Below are positions 53,001 through 63,386 of a DNA stretch of 64,000 bases, one piece after another. Origin of the DNA: Basidiobolus meristosporus CBS 931.73 (lineage: Eukaryota; Fungi; Basidiobolomycota); NCBI GenBank assembly GCA_002104905.1, contig MCFE01000179.1, positions 78,190 through 142,189 of the forward strand. The letters are read 5' to 3'. The position numbers and the translations under genes were made by a program. Position 1 is the stretch's first letter. Each line of letters opens with the position of its first letter. The notes beneath the pieces were generated by a model, which saw nothing but the letters and a program-made list of their open reading frames with translations, did not search any database and was not told the DNA's origin.

Positions 53001-53340
53001 AATGGACATATAAGCATGCCAAAAAAACTCGAGTGCATGGAAGCTCGGATTAGTGAGCAGGCTAGGAGCTGGGCTACCATGGAATGAGAAGCCCTTGTGC
53101 TATCCTGAGTGAAGATACAAATTAAATTTGATGAAATCAAATATTGCCACATGTGGAGATTATTGGCTTATGCCCATCGCTTGTTTCCAAGCCCTTTCGC
53201 CGCCAAAATGAAGTTCTCATTGAAATGGGCTTAGATCCAAAAGACTTAAAAGTAGAGGTAGGGGCAAGCCGTTGAGCATCAGCTTATTCCTCTCATTCCC
53301 CTCTCCTCTAATTAGTATCTGCTTTTCATCGTTCTTCATC

Positions 53341-54459
53341 ATGAAGTATTCCGTTGCTACTTACCTTCTATGTGCACTTGCCACCAACGTATTCGCACAG
53401 GAAGCAAATATTGTTGCAAACTTGGCCCCAATTAACCCAGCATGGACTAAGGAGTATGACCTTAGCAAGGTCCCCAATATCAGTCTGAAGAAGCCTGGCA
53501 GTGGAACCTGCGCTAAAACCACCTGCGGGCCTGGTGACTGCGACAAATGCTGGGAGAGCTGTGGTAACTGCGCGAAACCTGATGATATGTACGGGTGTAA
53601 GGCAGGCCAGTGGGCGCTTTCGTTTGATGACGGTCCATCGGAGCACACTGCCGAACTCCTGGATATTCTTAAGGCGGCAAATGTAAAGGCCACCTTCCTC
53701 ATGGTCGGGTCCAACGTGGTCAAGTTCCCAGATGTTGTGAAGCGTGCCTACCAGGAGGGCCATCTGATTGCTCAGCACACCTGGTCCCATCCTCACTTGA
53801 TGTCTATTTCCAACGAGCAAATAGTTGCTGAGATTAGAGCCACAGAAGAGGCTATTCTGAATGTTACTGGCGTCAGACCTGCATTCGTCCGCCCTCCATA
53901 TGGAGAGGCAGATGATCGTGTGAAGGCTGTGATAACAGCTATGGGATATCGCAACCTTCTGTGGAACATGGATACCCTAGACTGGGATATCGTTGCCAAG
54001 AACGAGAGTGCCACTCTCATCCTGAAGTCCTTTGAAAACGCTCTTTCGAAAGGAACTGATTTGAACGCTCACAACGACCCCGGATATATTTCTCTCCAGC
54101 ATGACCTCTATATCGAAACGGTCAAGCAAGTGCCCCAAATTGAGACCATCCTGGCTGGCCATGGATATCACTTCGTACTAGCCCATGAGTGCATTGGTGC
54201 AAGCCCCTACAAGAACTCCATCGGGATCCCGGCTGGCAATTCCACCACTACCACCTCCGCCGCCTCGGTAACTTCTAGTGCCGCCACCAAAACCGCACTT
54301 TCATCTGCTACTCCTGCTGCCTCAAGCGCCTCTAATGCTGGGTCAAAGAGCATTACCCAAGCCCAGGCCAGCGTTAGCGCTCATTCGGATGCTGATGTCC
54401 TCAGAGTCGGCCGTGTTCTTGTAGGGGTTTTGGCGGTAGCCGCCTTCTCCCTTCTTTAA
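53341..54459 (+). CDS. Chitin deacetylase (CE4/NodB), secreted and probably GPI-anchored, 372 aa
   Basis: Signal peptide, Cys-rich prodomain, SFDDGP, HTWSHP, RPPYG, WNMDTLDW, LQHD, Ser/Thr/Ala stalk and hydrophobic tail. Confidence 0.95.
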   Translation: MKYSVATYLLCALATNVFAQEANIVANLAPINPAWTKEYDLSKVPNISLKKPGSGTCAKTTCGPGDCDKCWESCGNCAKPDDMYGCKAGQWALSFDDGPSEHTAELLDILKAANVKATFLMVGSNVVKFPDVVKRAYQEGHLIAQHTWSHPHLMSISNEQIVAEIRATEEAILNVTGVRPAFVRPPYGEADDRVKAVITAMGYRNLLWNMDTLDWDIVAKNESATLILKSFENALSKGTDLNAHNDPGYISLQHDLYIETVKQVPQIETILAGHGYHFVLAHECIGASPYKNSIGIPAGNSTTTTSAASVTSSAATKTALSSATPAASSASNAGSKSITQAQASVSAHSDADVLRVGRVLVGVLAVAAFSLL

Positions 54460-55916
54460 TGGAAGCTGAGGCCTACGATTACCAACTATCATTATATACT
54501 TAATAGCAAGAAGTTTAGGATGCATTTTCAAGTTTTTCCAGGGTAATAGTTAACTAATGGTGTCTTGCCTTCCATTCTGCGGGGGAGCACTGTGGCAAGT
54601 TCGAATACCTAATAATGGCCGGCCTTCCCCAAACCCATTCGATTTAATAAAGGCACCGTCATTTTAAAGAGCATCATGGGTTTCGGTCTTATCTTCACCT
54701 ATCTAGCTTATGATGCAGGCGTTAGCTGGTAAGATATTAGGACTGCATCATCACGAGCAGCAGACTTCAAAGATGTCGGCTTCAATGACTATTAAAAGCC
54801 TGGTCGTACCCAGTAGACTGGAACCTCCCCCTCGCAATTTATCCATCACATTATGCTATAGTGTCGCCAGTATTGAGGAATTTACGTGTAGTCATTTAGC
54901 CATCCTCCATAAGGGGTATTGCTTACGGAATGCTTGTACCTCGAAACGAAACTTTAAACCACCTTTGGAGCATCCAAATACGCATTGGCTCAATAATGCG
55001 CTGAACCATGCACTGTGATATCATTTAACGTAGCCAACCATTTCACAGGTGGCGGAGATTGGCCAAGGGATGGAAGCCAAGAGGAAATTTCCGGTTGCGG
55101 ACAGAAAATCTGCCAATAATTGTCATGCTCTCGATTTTACTGGATTCCGGAACCCAACGTAGCCCAGTGTTACAGAAGTTGAAATGATGGAAAAACGCAA
55201 TCATCCAGCGTAACCATCCAGCGCTTGGCACAGGTACAATCTAACCAATACAGCACTTGGCTGATCATCACCCAGTGCCCAACATGGGTTGGAGGCTGTT
55301 GGCACAGAGGGAGGCACTAGATGCTTGATCGCAGCGAATCTTCTTGGAAGAGTTCGTTAATTCGAGGGATTCCAAGTAAGATCCATACACCGCGTGTGGG
55401 AATATCCAGTGCTCAGGCTACTTGGGTTTGGACAAATCCACTTGCGCATTGGCAGCAAGGGTGGTACAGCACAAGATTGCGGAAGCCCGGCTGGTACCAC
55501 GTAGTGATCATTGATGAATCAAACCAGATCACACGTTGACAAATGCTGCCTCAGCAATGAGCTGGAGTATGGAGACATACAGTGCCCTCCATGAACATAG
55601 CCATGTGACAGGCATGTATGTATCAACAGGATCCAAAGAGAGCTTAGATGGCCATTGTTTATTATCGGGTTGTGTGGTTTATATTAGGTGATCCCAAAAA
55701 GAGCAGGCCAGGAGGAAAGGGCAATGTCGTTGATTTAAGCTTCGGAAACAATTGCTGGGTTGTGTCGCGAGCAAGTTCAGGAAGATCGTGATGATTCGAT
55801 TGGTGCCACAACAAATGGGATGGGGTCCTCACTGAGAACTACATAAAAACCTTCCAGAACTGTCATGCGTTCAGCCATTCAAACGTTGCAATTCATAACC
55901 TTAATTAGTCCTACGG

Positions 55917-57785
55917 ATGGAGGCAGTACGTGAACTTGATCTTTGGCTGGGAATGCCGACCCAGAGACGCTTCACCTTTTTACAAGATGTGATTCAAGTT
56001 TATACATTCGCGCTTTTCGGCCTGGCGGTTGTATGGGTGCGGGCTGCTCCAATCGCATCAGGGAATATTTGGCAGACTCCAGTTGTCGCTGGGGCCATTT
56101 ACGGGTCCATTGGATTGCTTCTGTCTCTCATTCTATTATACTGGATCCCTCTGAAGAGAATGGGAATACCCGGTCGCGCGAGCATATCCAAAGGCTCGAG
56201 TAGTGTGGTCATATCCGGCCCTCCTGAGCTTGTGCGCGTGAGCCTTTTGGCAGTTGGATACCTATTTACAGGGCTCGCGTGCTTGCTTTGCCTCGCGCGA
56301 TCGTGGCTGGCCGCAGGTATCGCCACGGTATCGTCATTACTGGCAATAGGCTTAATCTCATTCACAGTCCACAGCTCTTTGGATGCCGCGAAAAACAAAC
56401 ATGCTGTCTATCCACCTGCGTATTTACTAAACGCGCGAACTGGAAGGATCGATTCGGCAAAGAGCAAGGCGACCTGCCGCGGAAAATGTAACTGGGAGCC
56501 TCGATACGTCGCGGTTACACGTGCGGTGAATCTTGAAGCAGAATGCATTCCATGTAGGTGTGTATCCTCGGGGGTTGCGTGCAAGTGGCAGGATCGTGGA
56601 TCGCTACTCTGTCATATTGCTACTGATGCACTATGTCTGGGCGCCACACATATCTGGGTCGAAGGGCTGAAAGATTGGGAACAGCCTGACATTCCAGACG
56701 CCAGTACGCCTAGACTAATAGACTCGACTCCTTATCGAATTTTTCAGGGTGCTTTAGCGGTGATGGTTCCCACTAACGAATGCCAATGCCTACAGGGTTA
56801 CCAGCAGGAAACTTTCACCCAGGCATTCCAACGTCGCTACAAGAAGTCCCTTAGTGCTGGCTTATCTACTTTAATGGGCCGTGCCTTAGTGACGGTTAGT
56901 AAATCACACACTCCTTGCAGCGGCCACTGCCAAGGCACTGTGGTGAATCATGTCATGTCTTGGTTGAATTGTACACTATCGATGCAAGAAAGTACATTTC
57001 TGAAGAATCTGAGGCTGATTCCTGCGTTAGCTAGTGACCCATACCTTTCATATGCTGCGGAAAACCCACAGCCTCAGGATTCACTCTATGAGAGCCTAGA
57101 GAGCACCCTAACATCCGCCAACATGTGGTCAAACGCTTGTGCTGGTGCATTGCTAGCGGAGCTAACGAAGCGAAATATAAATGGAACTCTGAATGAATTG
57201 CTAGCTGAGGTGCGTGATATCATCTCAACTCGATGTGGCTGGGTAGTAGCTCACACGGATACTAGTCTTATGGTCAACAACATGATGCGAGCATTGCTTA
57301 CAATCGGTGATGTGTCTCTACTAGCCATATGGGCGCCAACGTGGGAATCCAATGAAAATTGTCTTATTTTGGATACGGATCAAAGAGTAGCCAAGAAACC
57401 CAACGCCAACTTAACCGGGGCATATAAAACAGAGAGCGCGGCAAGGATAGAGCAAACATCACTAAATCATCTCGTGGTTCTCACAAACCTCTTACTTCCA
57501 ATCCCCTATAATGCGCAGCAACCAAACATCATACCAGTAATAGGAAACAAGATTTCAGGCGAGCTTTTTGTCCTTTCCGCCGACCAAGACAGTGGTAGCG
57601 CAAGTTGGTATCTAAGTCCTACGACGATCAAGCGAGGCGAAGAGTTCGTTGGCCACTTTGCCTACGCCATAGCACCGGCAACTAAACCGGAATTTGATGG
57701 GCATTTATGCGCAGTTGGTCTTTTCACCAGTCCAAAAGCGATTGGTGGTAATCCAATCCAGGCATGGAGACTGGGGGCAGCCTAG
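55917..57785 (+). CDS. Intronless 622-aa protein: four N-terminal TM segments plus a divergent HET-like domain
   Basis: Long open ORF. PAYLLNARTG, PRYVAVT, LGATHIWVEGL, IFQGALAVMV and GYQQE follow the order of HET (PF06985) motifs. The domain call is tentative. Confidence 0.6.
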   Translation: MEAVRELDLWLGMPTQRRFTFLQDVIQVYTFALFGLAVVWVRAAPIASGNIWQTPVVAGAIYGSIGLLLSLILLYWIPLKRMGIPGRASISKGSSSVVISGPPELVRVSLLAVGYLFTGLACLLCLARSWLAAGIATVSSLLAIGLISFTVHSSLDAAKNKHAVYPPAYLLNARTGRIDSAKSKATCRGKCNWEPRYVAVTRAVNLEAECIPCRCVSSGVACKWQDRGSLLCHIATDALCLGATHIWVEGLKDWEQPDIPDASTPRLIDSTPYRIFQGALAVMVPTNECQCLQGYQQETFTQAFQRRYKKSLSAGLSTLMGRALVTVSKSHTPCSGHCQGTVVNHVMSWLNCTLSMQESTFLKNLRLIPALASDPYLSYAAENPQPQDSLYESLESTLTSANMWSNACAGALLAELTKRNINGTLNELLAEVRDIISTRCGWVVAHTDTSLMVNNMMRALLTIGDVSLLAIWAPTWESNENCLILDTDQRVAKKPNANLTGAYKTESAARIEQTSLNHLVVLTNLLLPIPYNAQQPNIIPVIGNKISGELFVLSADQDSGSASWYLSPTTIKRGEEFVGHFAYAIAPATKPEFDGHLCAVGLFTSPKAIGGNPIQAWRLGAA

Positions 57786-58166
57786 TATTGATTCGCCAAG
57801 CGTTGTCAAGCATAGTTATCGGCCAGGATCTTCAACCTCAACTGTTAATTGATGTAATCAACCTTTATCATTTCAACCATTTATTGTCCAATTTGCTTTT
57901 TTCCACACCATACAATGCCATGTTATATATGCCACCAAAGCTGGTGGTAATCCATTGTAATTTGAGTTCCCTGTAACCTAATAAACGGTATGCTAAAGTA
58001 AAGATGTTGTCAAACCAAGATTGAACCAAGATGTGCAAGGAGTATCCCAAAGCCTGCTTCATATACATGAGCTTCTATCAAAACAAGGGTGTAAAAAGAG
58101 CCACATACACAATAGAACCACTGAGTACTTGACAACTGTAAACATCCTTTGATATATATATAGATA

Positions 58167-58178
58167 TTAGGGTTAGGG
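58167..58178 (+). repeat. (TTAGGG)2 at the array/host junction
   Basis: Exact TTAGGGTTAGGG between an (AT)n tract and the element 3' motif. Confidence 0.8.
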
Positions 58179-58472
58179 AGGGAAAGTCACCAAGTTGGTG
58201 AAATCTTTAATTGAGTCAAGAGCTAATCTAAGTACAAATAAAGAAGCCAATTAAGAGGTCTAGAACCTCTCTAATAAGTAGTCTAATTTATGTTTTGTTT
58301 CATCTCTAATGTTTGTTTCAACAAAGTAAAGCTCATCAGGGGTAAATATAAAATTCAAGGGTTTTGGGGGAAGTACAAATTGTAGATGTTACTGATCAAT
58401 ACAATCCAAGACTGGAACCCAGCCTGGGATTAGGTGTAGTTGGAAAGGTGTGTGGACTTGTAAGTAGCTCTG

Positions 58473-60305
58473 TCACATAGATCTTAGATGGTCCTGAGCC
58501 AGTAGACTTAGTTTCTCAGCTTTTTGAAGTTTTGAAGCAAGCTCTGTTACTACAGCAGAGCCAACCAGGGTGTGCCAGCAAGAAGATTTCAGGGAGGAGT
58601 TAGATTGAAGCCATTGTTTGATGGAGGGGTTATGTGATTTCTGAAGTTTCACTAGGAAGGAAGCACCAAGATAGACCATTTGGATTTGGTATGGGTAGAA
58701 CCCAAAGGCTCCATTAGTTGCATGGATATAGGGTGATACTGGAAGATAAGGTACCAAGGATCTGATACACTGATGGAGAAATTTATCCAGGTGGTGAAGT
58801 TCTCTGGAAGTTAGGGGTATAATGTGGAGACCAAATTCAAGTACTGGCAGTACATACTGCTTCAGAAGTATAGGGATCTTTTGAATTGGAGTGTCTGGAG
58901 TGACTACTACCAGAAGCTTTTTGAGAGCCTGTTGGGCAAGACGGATCCTATTATTCAGGTGGAGCTTTGAGTCAATCCCATGTTGACAAAATGGCAGACC
59001 TAGATATATTGCAGTTTGTTGTGGCAGAATGCTAGTGTTCTCTATAGTTGTAGTGCACCCAATTGGGACTGTCTTGGAAATTGAGAGTGAGAGGTTGTTG
59101 GCAGCCAAGTACTTCTCAATGATGGCAGTGTCTGCTATGGGATTAGGAGTAGCAATCTTGATATTGACCACATAGAGAGTTAGTAGTGATAGGGAGAGTC
59201 TGGTGAGGGGCCTTTTGGAAATAAAGGAAAGTTGTGTAGGAATATTACAAATATTAAGGGACCTAGTACAGATCCTTGGACTACTCCATTTGGAACCTCA
59301 TACGTCTCTGATGTGCAACTTGGATGCAAAATTTTGACTGAGTTCTCACAAAATAGAGAACATACAAGGAGGGTCATTGGTAGTGTGGTAACTGCTAATA
59401 GCATTCTCCAAAGCAGAGCTCTGTCCACAGAGTCAAAGGCTTTGGTAATGTCAAACAGAATGGTTGGCAATGAGAATTGCAGTGAATGATCATGGCTTAG
59501 CACTACAGCCATATCCAAGGAGAGTTTGGGCAAGAAGCCAAACTGAGAAGGATGGAATAGATATAGTTGAGATGGCAAGGATCTTGCTATTATAAGCTCA
59601 AAGATTTTCCAGCAGGTTGGTAGGAGTGAAACTGGCCGGTAAGAACCTGGGAGCAAGTGTTTCCCCTTCCCTTTGTATAAGGGTATTACATTTGCCTGTG
59701 ACCAGGCCTTTGGGGTAGTCAATTGTTGGGCACAGATAGAGTAGAATGGGATAAGTAAGTGACTCATTTTGGAGTAGCACACCTGGAGTAGATTGTAGCT
59801 AATCAAGTCATGTCCAGGTGCAGTATTTGCAAGAAACTTCTTTAAAATTTTCTCCAGAAACTTGGCTGAAATCAAAATTGGAGATGTTGGACTGCTGGAT
59901 ATGTTACCAGTATGGTAGAAAGGAGGAGTGGGATGCACAGATGAATCAAAGAAAATAGGGGCCAGTTTGTCTAGTGATGGTATACTCCTTGCTTGGGGTC
60001 TCATGGCTTTGTATACTCTTGATATGGACCTTGTGGTGGCATTCATATTTACTAAGGGCAAGGTATCCATGATATGAGCCCATAATCTAGTATGCTCAGT
60101 GATCTGTAGTGACTTGGAGTAGGGGATAGCGCTTTCCAGGAGGTTCTGTGTTTTTGGGTTAGGGAAACATAGGTAGCTAGAATTTAAGGCAGAAATGATG
60201 GATTGCCATTTAAGTTGGTTTGCAGATGGCTTTTGGTAGGACTTGGTGGGCAGGGCCAGACAGCCAGTGATTATGATGAAATGCTGGCAAAATAGCCATA
60301 ATGCA
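58473..60305 (-). pseudogene. Non-LTR RT copy 2 (divergent subfamily), inactivated
   Basis: APGHD, YRPVSLL, QFGF, FDITKAFDSV, GVVQGSVLGP. Frameshift at ~59180, and the YADD-equivalent reads YVVN. Confidence 0.9.
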
Positions 60306-60306
60306 T

Positions 60307-60318
60307 TTAGGGTTAGGG
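60307..60318 (+). repeat. (TTAGGG)2 at the RT1/RT2 junction
   Basis: Exact TTAGGGTTAGGG abutting the 3' motif of RT copy 1. Confidence 0.8.
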
Positions 60319-60374
60319 GGAGACAGTCACCAACAGGTGAAATCTTTATTTCAGTTGAAACAAAGAAGCCAGCG

Positions 60375-62413
60375 CTACTGTTGTAGCTTTGATACATGAG
60401 TGTGTAGCTGAGAGGAATTTGTAGGTAAGTTAATAAGAAGTGATGATAGTTCTTCAGTACTCAAGACACTGTTCAGTGGGAAGGGGGGTAGCAAGAGAGG
60501 TAAGAATGACTTGTGAACAACATTAATGAGGGGAATATGATAAGGATTGATATTCATCATAAAGGGAGTGTGCTGCTGCAGATATTGCTGCCAAAGGTCT
60601 GTCAAGTACTTCAGGTAGGCCAGCTTGGGTTTTTCTGACTGCAGAATAAATTCAGCAAACTTCTTGACCTCAGGATCTCCATGTATAGTTCTCCAGCAGG
60701 AGCCAGGTGTTGTGTGGTGTGTTCTCTTCCAGGCCTTAATCAGTGGGTTGTTGCAGTTGTGAAGTCTGAGGTATAATCTGGTTCTAAGGTAGAGAAGTCT
60801 GATCTTATAGGGCAAAAACCCAAAAGCACCAAGAATAGCATGTCTGTAGGGGCATTCAGGCAAATGAGGCACCAAGGAGGTAATGCACCATACTGCAAAC
60901 TTGTCAAGCTTAGTGCAGTCTCTAGAAGTAAGAGAGAGAAGTGGTAAGCCAAATTCCAGGACAGGGAAGACAAACTGCTTGAGTAGAAGGAGGCAGCTGG
61001 GAGCTGAAGTTGTTGGAGGAGTTATAGCCAGTAGCTTGTGGAGTGCCTGTCTTGCCAGGATAATTCTCTTCTTCAGGTGTGCTCCAGAGTCTAGTCCAGT
61101 AGGAAGGAAAGGAAAGCCAAGATATGTAGCACAAACCTGAGCAGGTAGAGTGGAGTTCTCCAAGTTGATGGGAGAGCCTAAGGTACTGTCTTTGCAACGG
61201 AAAACTGGAGATTATTCTTCTGCAGATACTGGTGGATGGTCTGGGAGTCTTGTTGCACATTGGAGGAGGATATTCTGATGTCATCAGCAAAGAGAGTAAC
61301 CAGGCAGTCAGCTGAAAGTCTTGGGAAATCATTCAGGAAGATGGCAAACAGTATAGGACCAAGCACAGAGCCTTGAACCACTCCATTAGGAACTGAGAAC
61401 ACAGCTGATTGCTCACTTGGGTCCAGAATTCTTGCTTGTGGATCCAGAAACAGAGACCTGACAAGGAGGGTGAGAGAGGTACTGGAGAAGCATTGCAACT
61501 TGAACCAAAGCAGATTTCTGTCAACTGAATCAAAGGCCTTAGTAATATCAAACAGAACAGAGGGATACTTGCACTGGAGAGAGTGATCTTGGCTAAGTAT
61601 GACTGCATATTCCAAGGAGAGGCCAGGAACAAAGCCAAACTGTGCAGGATGAAACTTGAGTGAGTCAGAGTAGAGCTCCTGAGCAAGCAGAAGCTCAAAC
61701 ACCTTTCTGCAGGTGGGCAGCAGAGATATTGGCCTGTAGGAGCTAGGATCCAGGTGCTTTCCTTTACCCTTGTACAGTGGCAGAACATTTGCAAAGGACC
61801 ATTCCTCAGGAGTAGAAAGCTGGGCTGAGCATTGCTGAAACAGTGGAAGCAGAAGTGCAGACATGGCCTTGGTACTAGTCTTCAGAAGCTCATAAGAGAT
61901 TGTGTCCACACCTGGAGCAGTAGAGTTGGGAAGCCTCTTGAGCACATTATGGATTCTCCTTTGATCAAGTGCAAGTGGGATGGGCAGAGTCTTGAAGTCA
62001 GGATGAAAGCCAGGAGTTGAGTACTGCTTTGTAGAGAAGAAGATGTCAGCCAGCTGTTCTGTTGAAGGTAACTTCCTGGAAGAGGGCCTCATTGCTCTGT
62101 AGAGTCTTGATACTGTTCTTGTTATAGAGTTGGAAGATTGCAGAGGCAAAGAACTCATAATATGATCCCAGAGCTGAGTATGCAGAGTGTGGTGAATTGC
62201 CTTGGAGTGGTGTATTGCTGTCAGGAGGAGTTTCTCTGTTTTTGGGTTAGGGAAACTCAGGTAGCTTTGTTGTAGGGCTGAAACAATGGATTCCCATTTT
62301 CTTGAGGTAACAGCAGTAGTCTTGCATGGCAGTGAGAGGGAGGCAGACACCAGAATCAGATGCTTCACAAAGAGCCAGGCATAGTTGAGATCATCAGGCA
62401 GAGAAAGTAGCAA
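60375..62413 (-). pseudogene. Non-LTR RT copy 1 (~680 codons), single 1-nt frameshift
   Basis: APGVD, YRPISLL, QFGF, FDITKAFDSV, GVVQGSVLGP, LFADD. One missing base at ~61179 (KTVP-GSP). No in-frame ATG downstream of the TAG at 62480-62482. Confidence 0.9.
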
Positions 62414-62552
62414 ACTGGCAAGCTTAGGGGAGGGAAAGTCACCAAGGTAGGTGAAATCTTTATTTGATTTCAGACAAGTCTAACTACAAATAAAGAAGCC
62501 AGCTGGGAATAAAAGATTCCCAAAGTAAACACTAAGTTGAATATGAATAAAT

Positions 62553-63281
62553 CTAAGCTAAAGTTAAGGCAGTATCCCAGAGTACACTGGAGTTCAGGTT
62601 CATGGGGGAGTGAAGTAGATAAGCTTGAGAGATATAATAATCCTTAAGGAAGTGGGTAACAGCAGGTGAAGGGGAGTTTTTGATAAGTGAAGTGAATCTT
62701 GAGAGCAGAGATTCCTCTAATGAGAAGGTTTTGTAAACTGGAGAATCAGGAAACTCTTTAAAGGCATGGTCAGTAGGTTCCCAATAAAACTGGTCAGAGA
62801 CATTTTGAGAGAATTGTTTAGCAATACTTTTGTCAAGTACTACCTCCAGAGTGTGATGGTTGATAAGTCTCATGTTAACAATCTTGGATAAATTGTAACC
62901 TTGTTGCTTGAGATACATCCTATGCTCAGATATTTGAATAAACTCCACATTGGCAAAGTAGCAGACAGCCCAGTCAGTAGCAGGAGGCAAATCAGAAGTG
63001 GCAGGAAACTTTCTTTTAGTCTTGGGAGGAGCAGCAGGATGTCTTAAGGAAGCAGGAACAGACTTTTTGACAGCTTCAGAGTAGGAAGAGTGAGCAGGAG
63101 CAGATGATTCTTGAGGAGTCTTGCAGGCAGGAAGAGTTGGCACAGGGACAATAGATTCTTGCCAATCAGAGAAGGCAGAAAACAGCTTTTGAACTTGTTT
63201 CTTGAGTAGAGCATTTTCAGCTTCAACAAGTGCAAGCCTTTCCTCCAGGAAAGAAATCTGAAGGGAATGGAGTGAAGGCAT
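62553..63281 (-). CDS. ORF1/gag-like protein of the retroelement (242 aa)
   Basis: N-terminal coiled-coil heptads, SYSEAVKK motif, Pro/Ala linker and a compact C-terminal domain; lies directly 5' of the RT ORF. Confidence 0.7.
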   Translation of the reverse strand: MPSLHSLQISFLEERLALVEAENALLKKQVQKLFSAFSDWQESIVPVPTLPACKTPQESSAPAHSSYSEAVKKSVPASLRHPAAPPKTKRKFPATSDLPPATDWAVCYFANVEFIQISEHRMYLKQQGYNLSKIVNMRLINHHTLEVVLDKSIAKQFSQNVSDQFYWEPTDHAFKEFPDSPVYKTFSLEESLLSRFTSLIKNSPSPAVTHFLKDYYISQAYLLHSPMNLNSSVLWDTALTLA

Positions 63282-63386
63282 AAGAAATAAGAAGAAGAGG
63301 GTAAGATGGGGTGGGTGGGTGGGAAAGGGGGGAGACAGTCACCAACAGGTGAAATCTTTATTTCAGTTGAAACAAAGAAGCCAGTG

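Noticed and set aside
58310-58345. Hammerhead-like core CTGATGAG...GAAAC on the coding strand in the RT2 3' UTR
   Set aside because: No convincing stems I/III or cleavage triplet could be built, and it is not repeated in the other modules.
60152-62255. GGGTTAGGG inside both RT ORFs (~60156 and ~62244)
   Set aside because: It encodes the conserved FPNPK peptide, so it cannot be counted as a junction telomere repeat.
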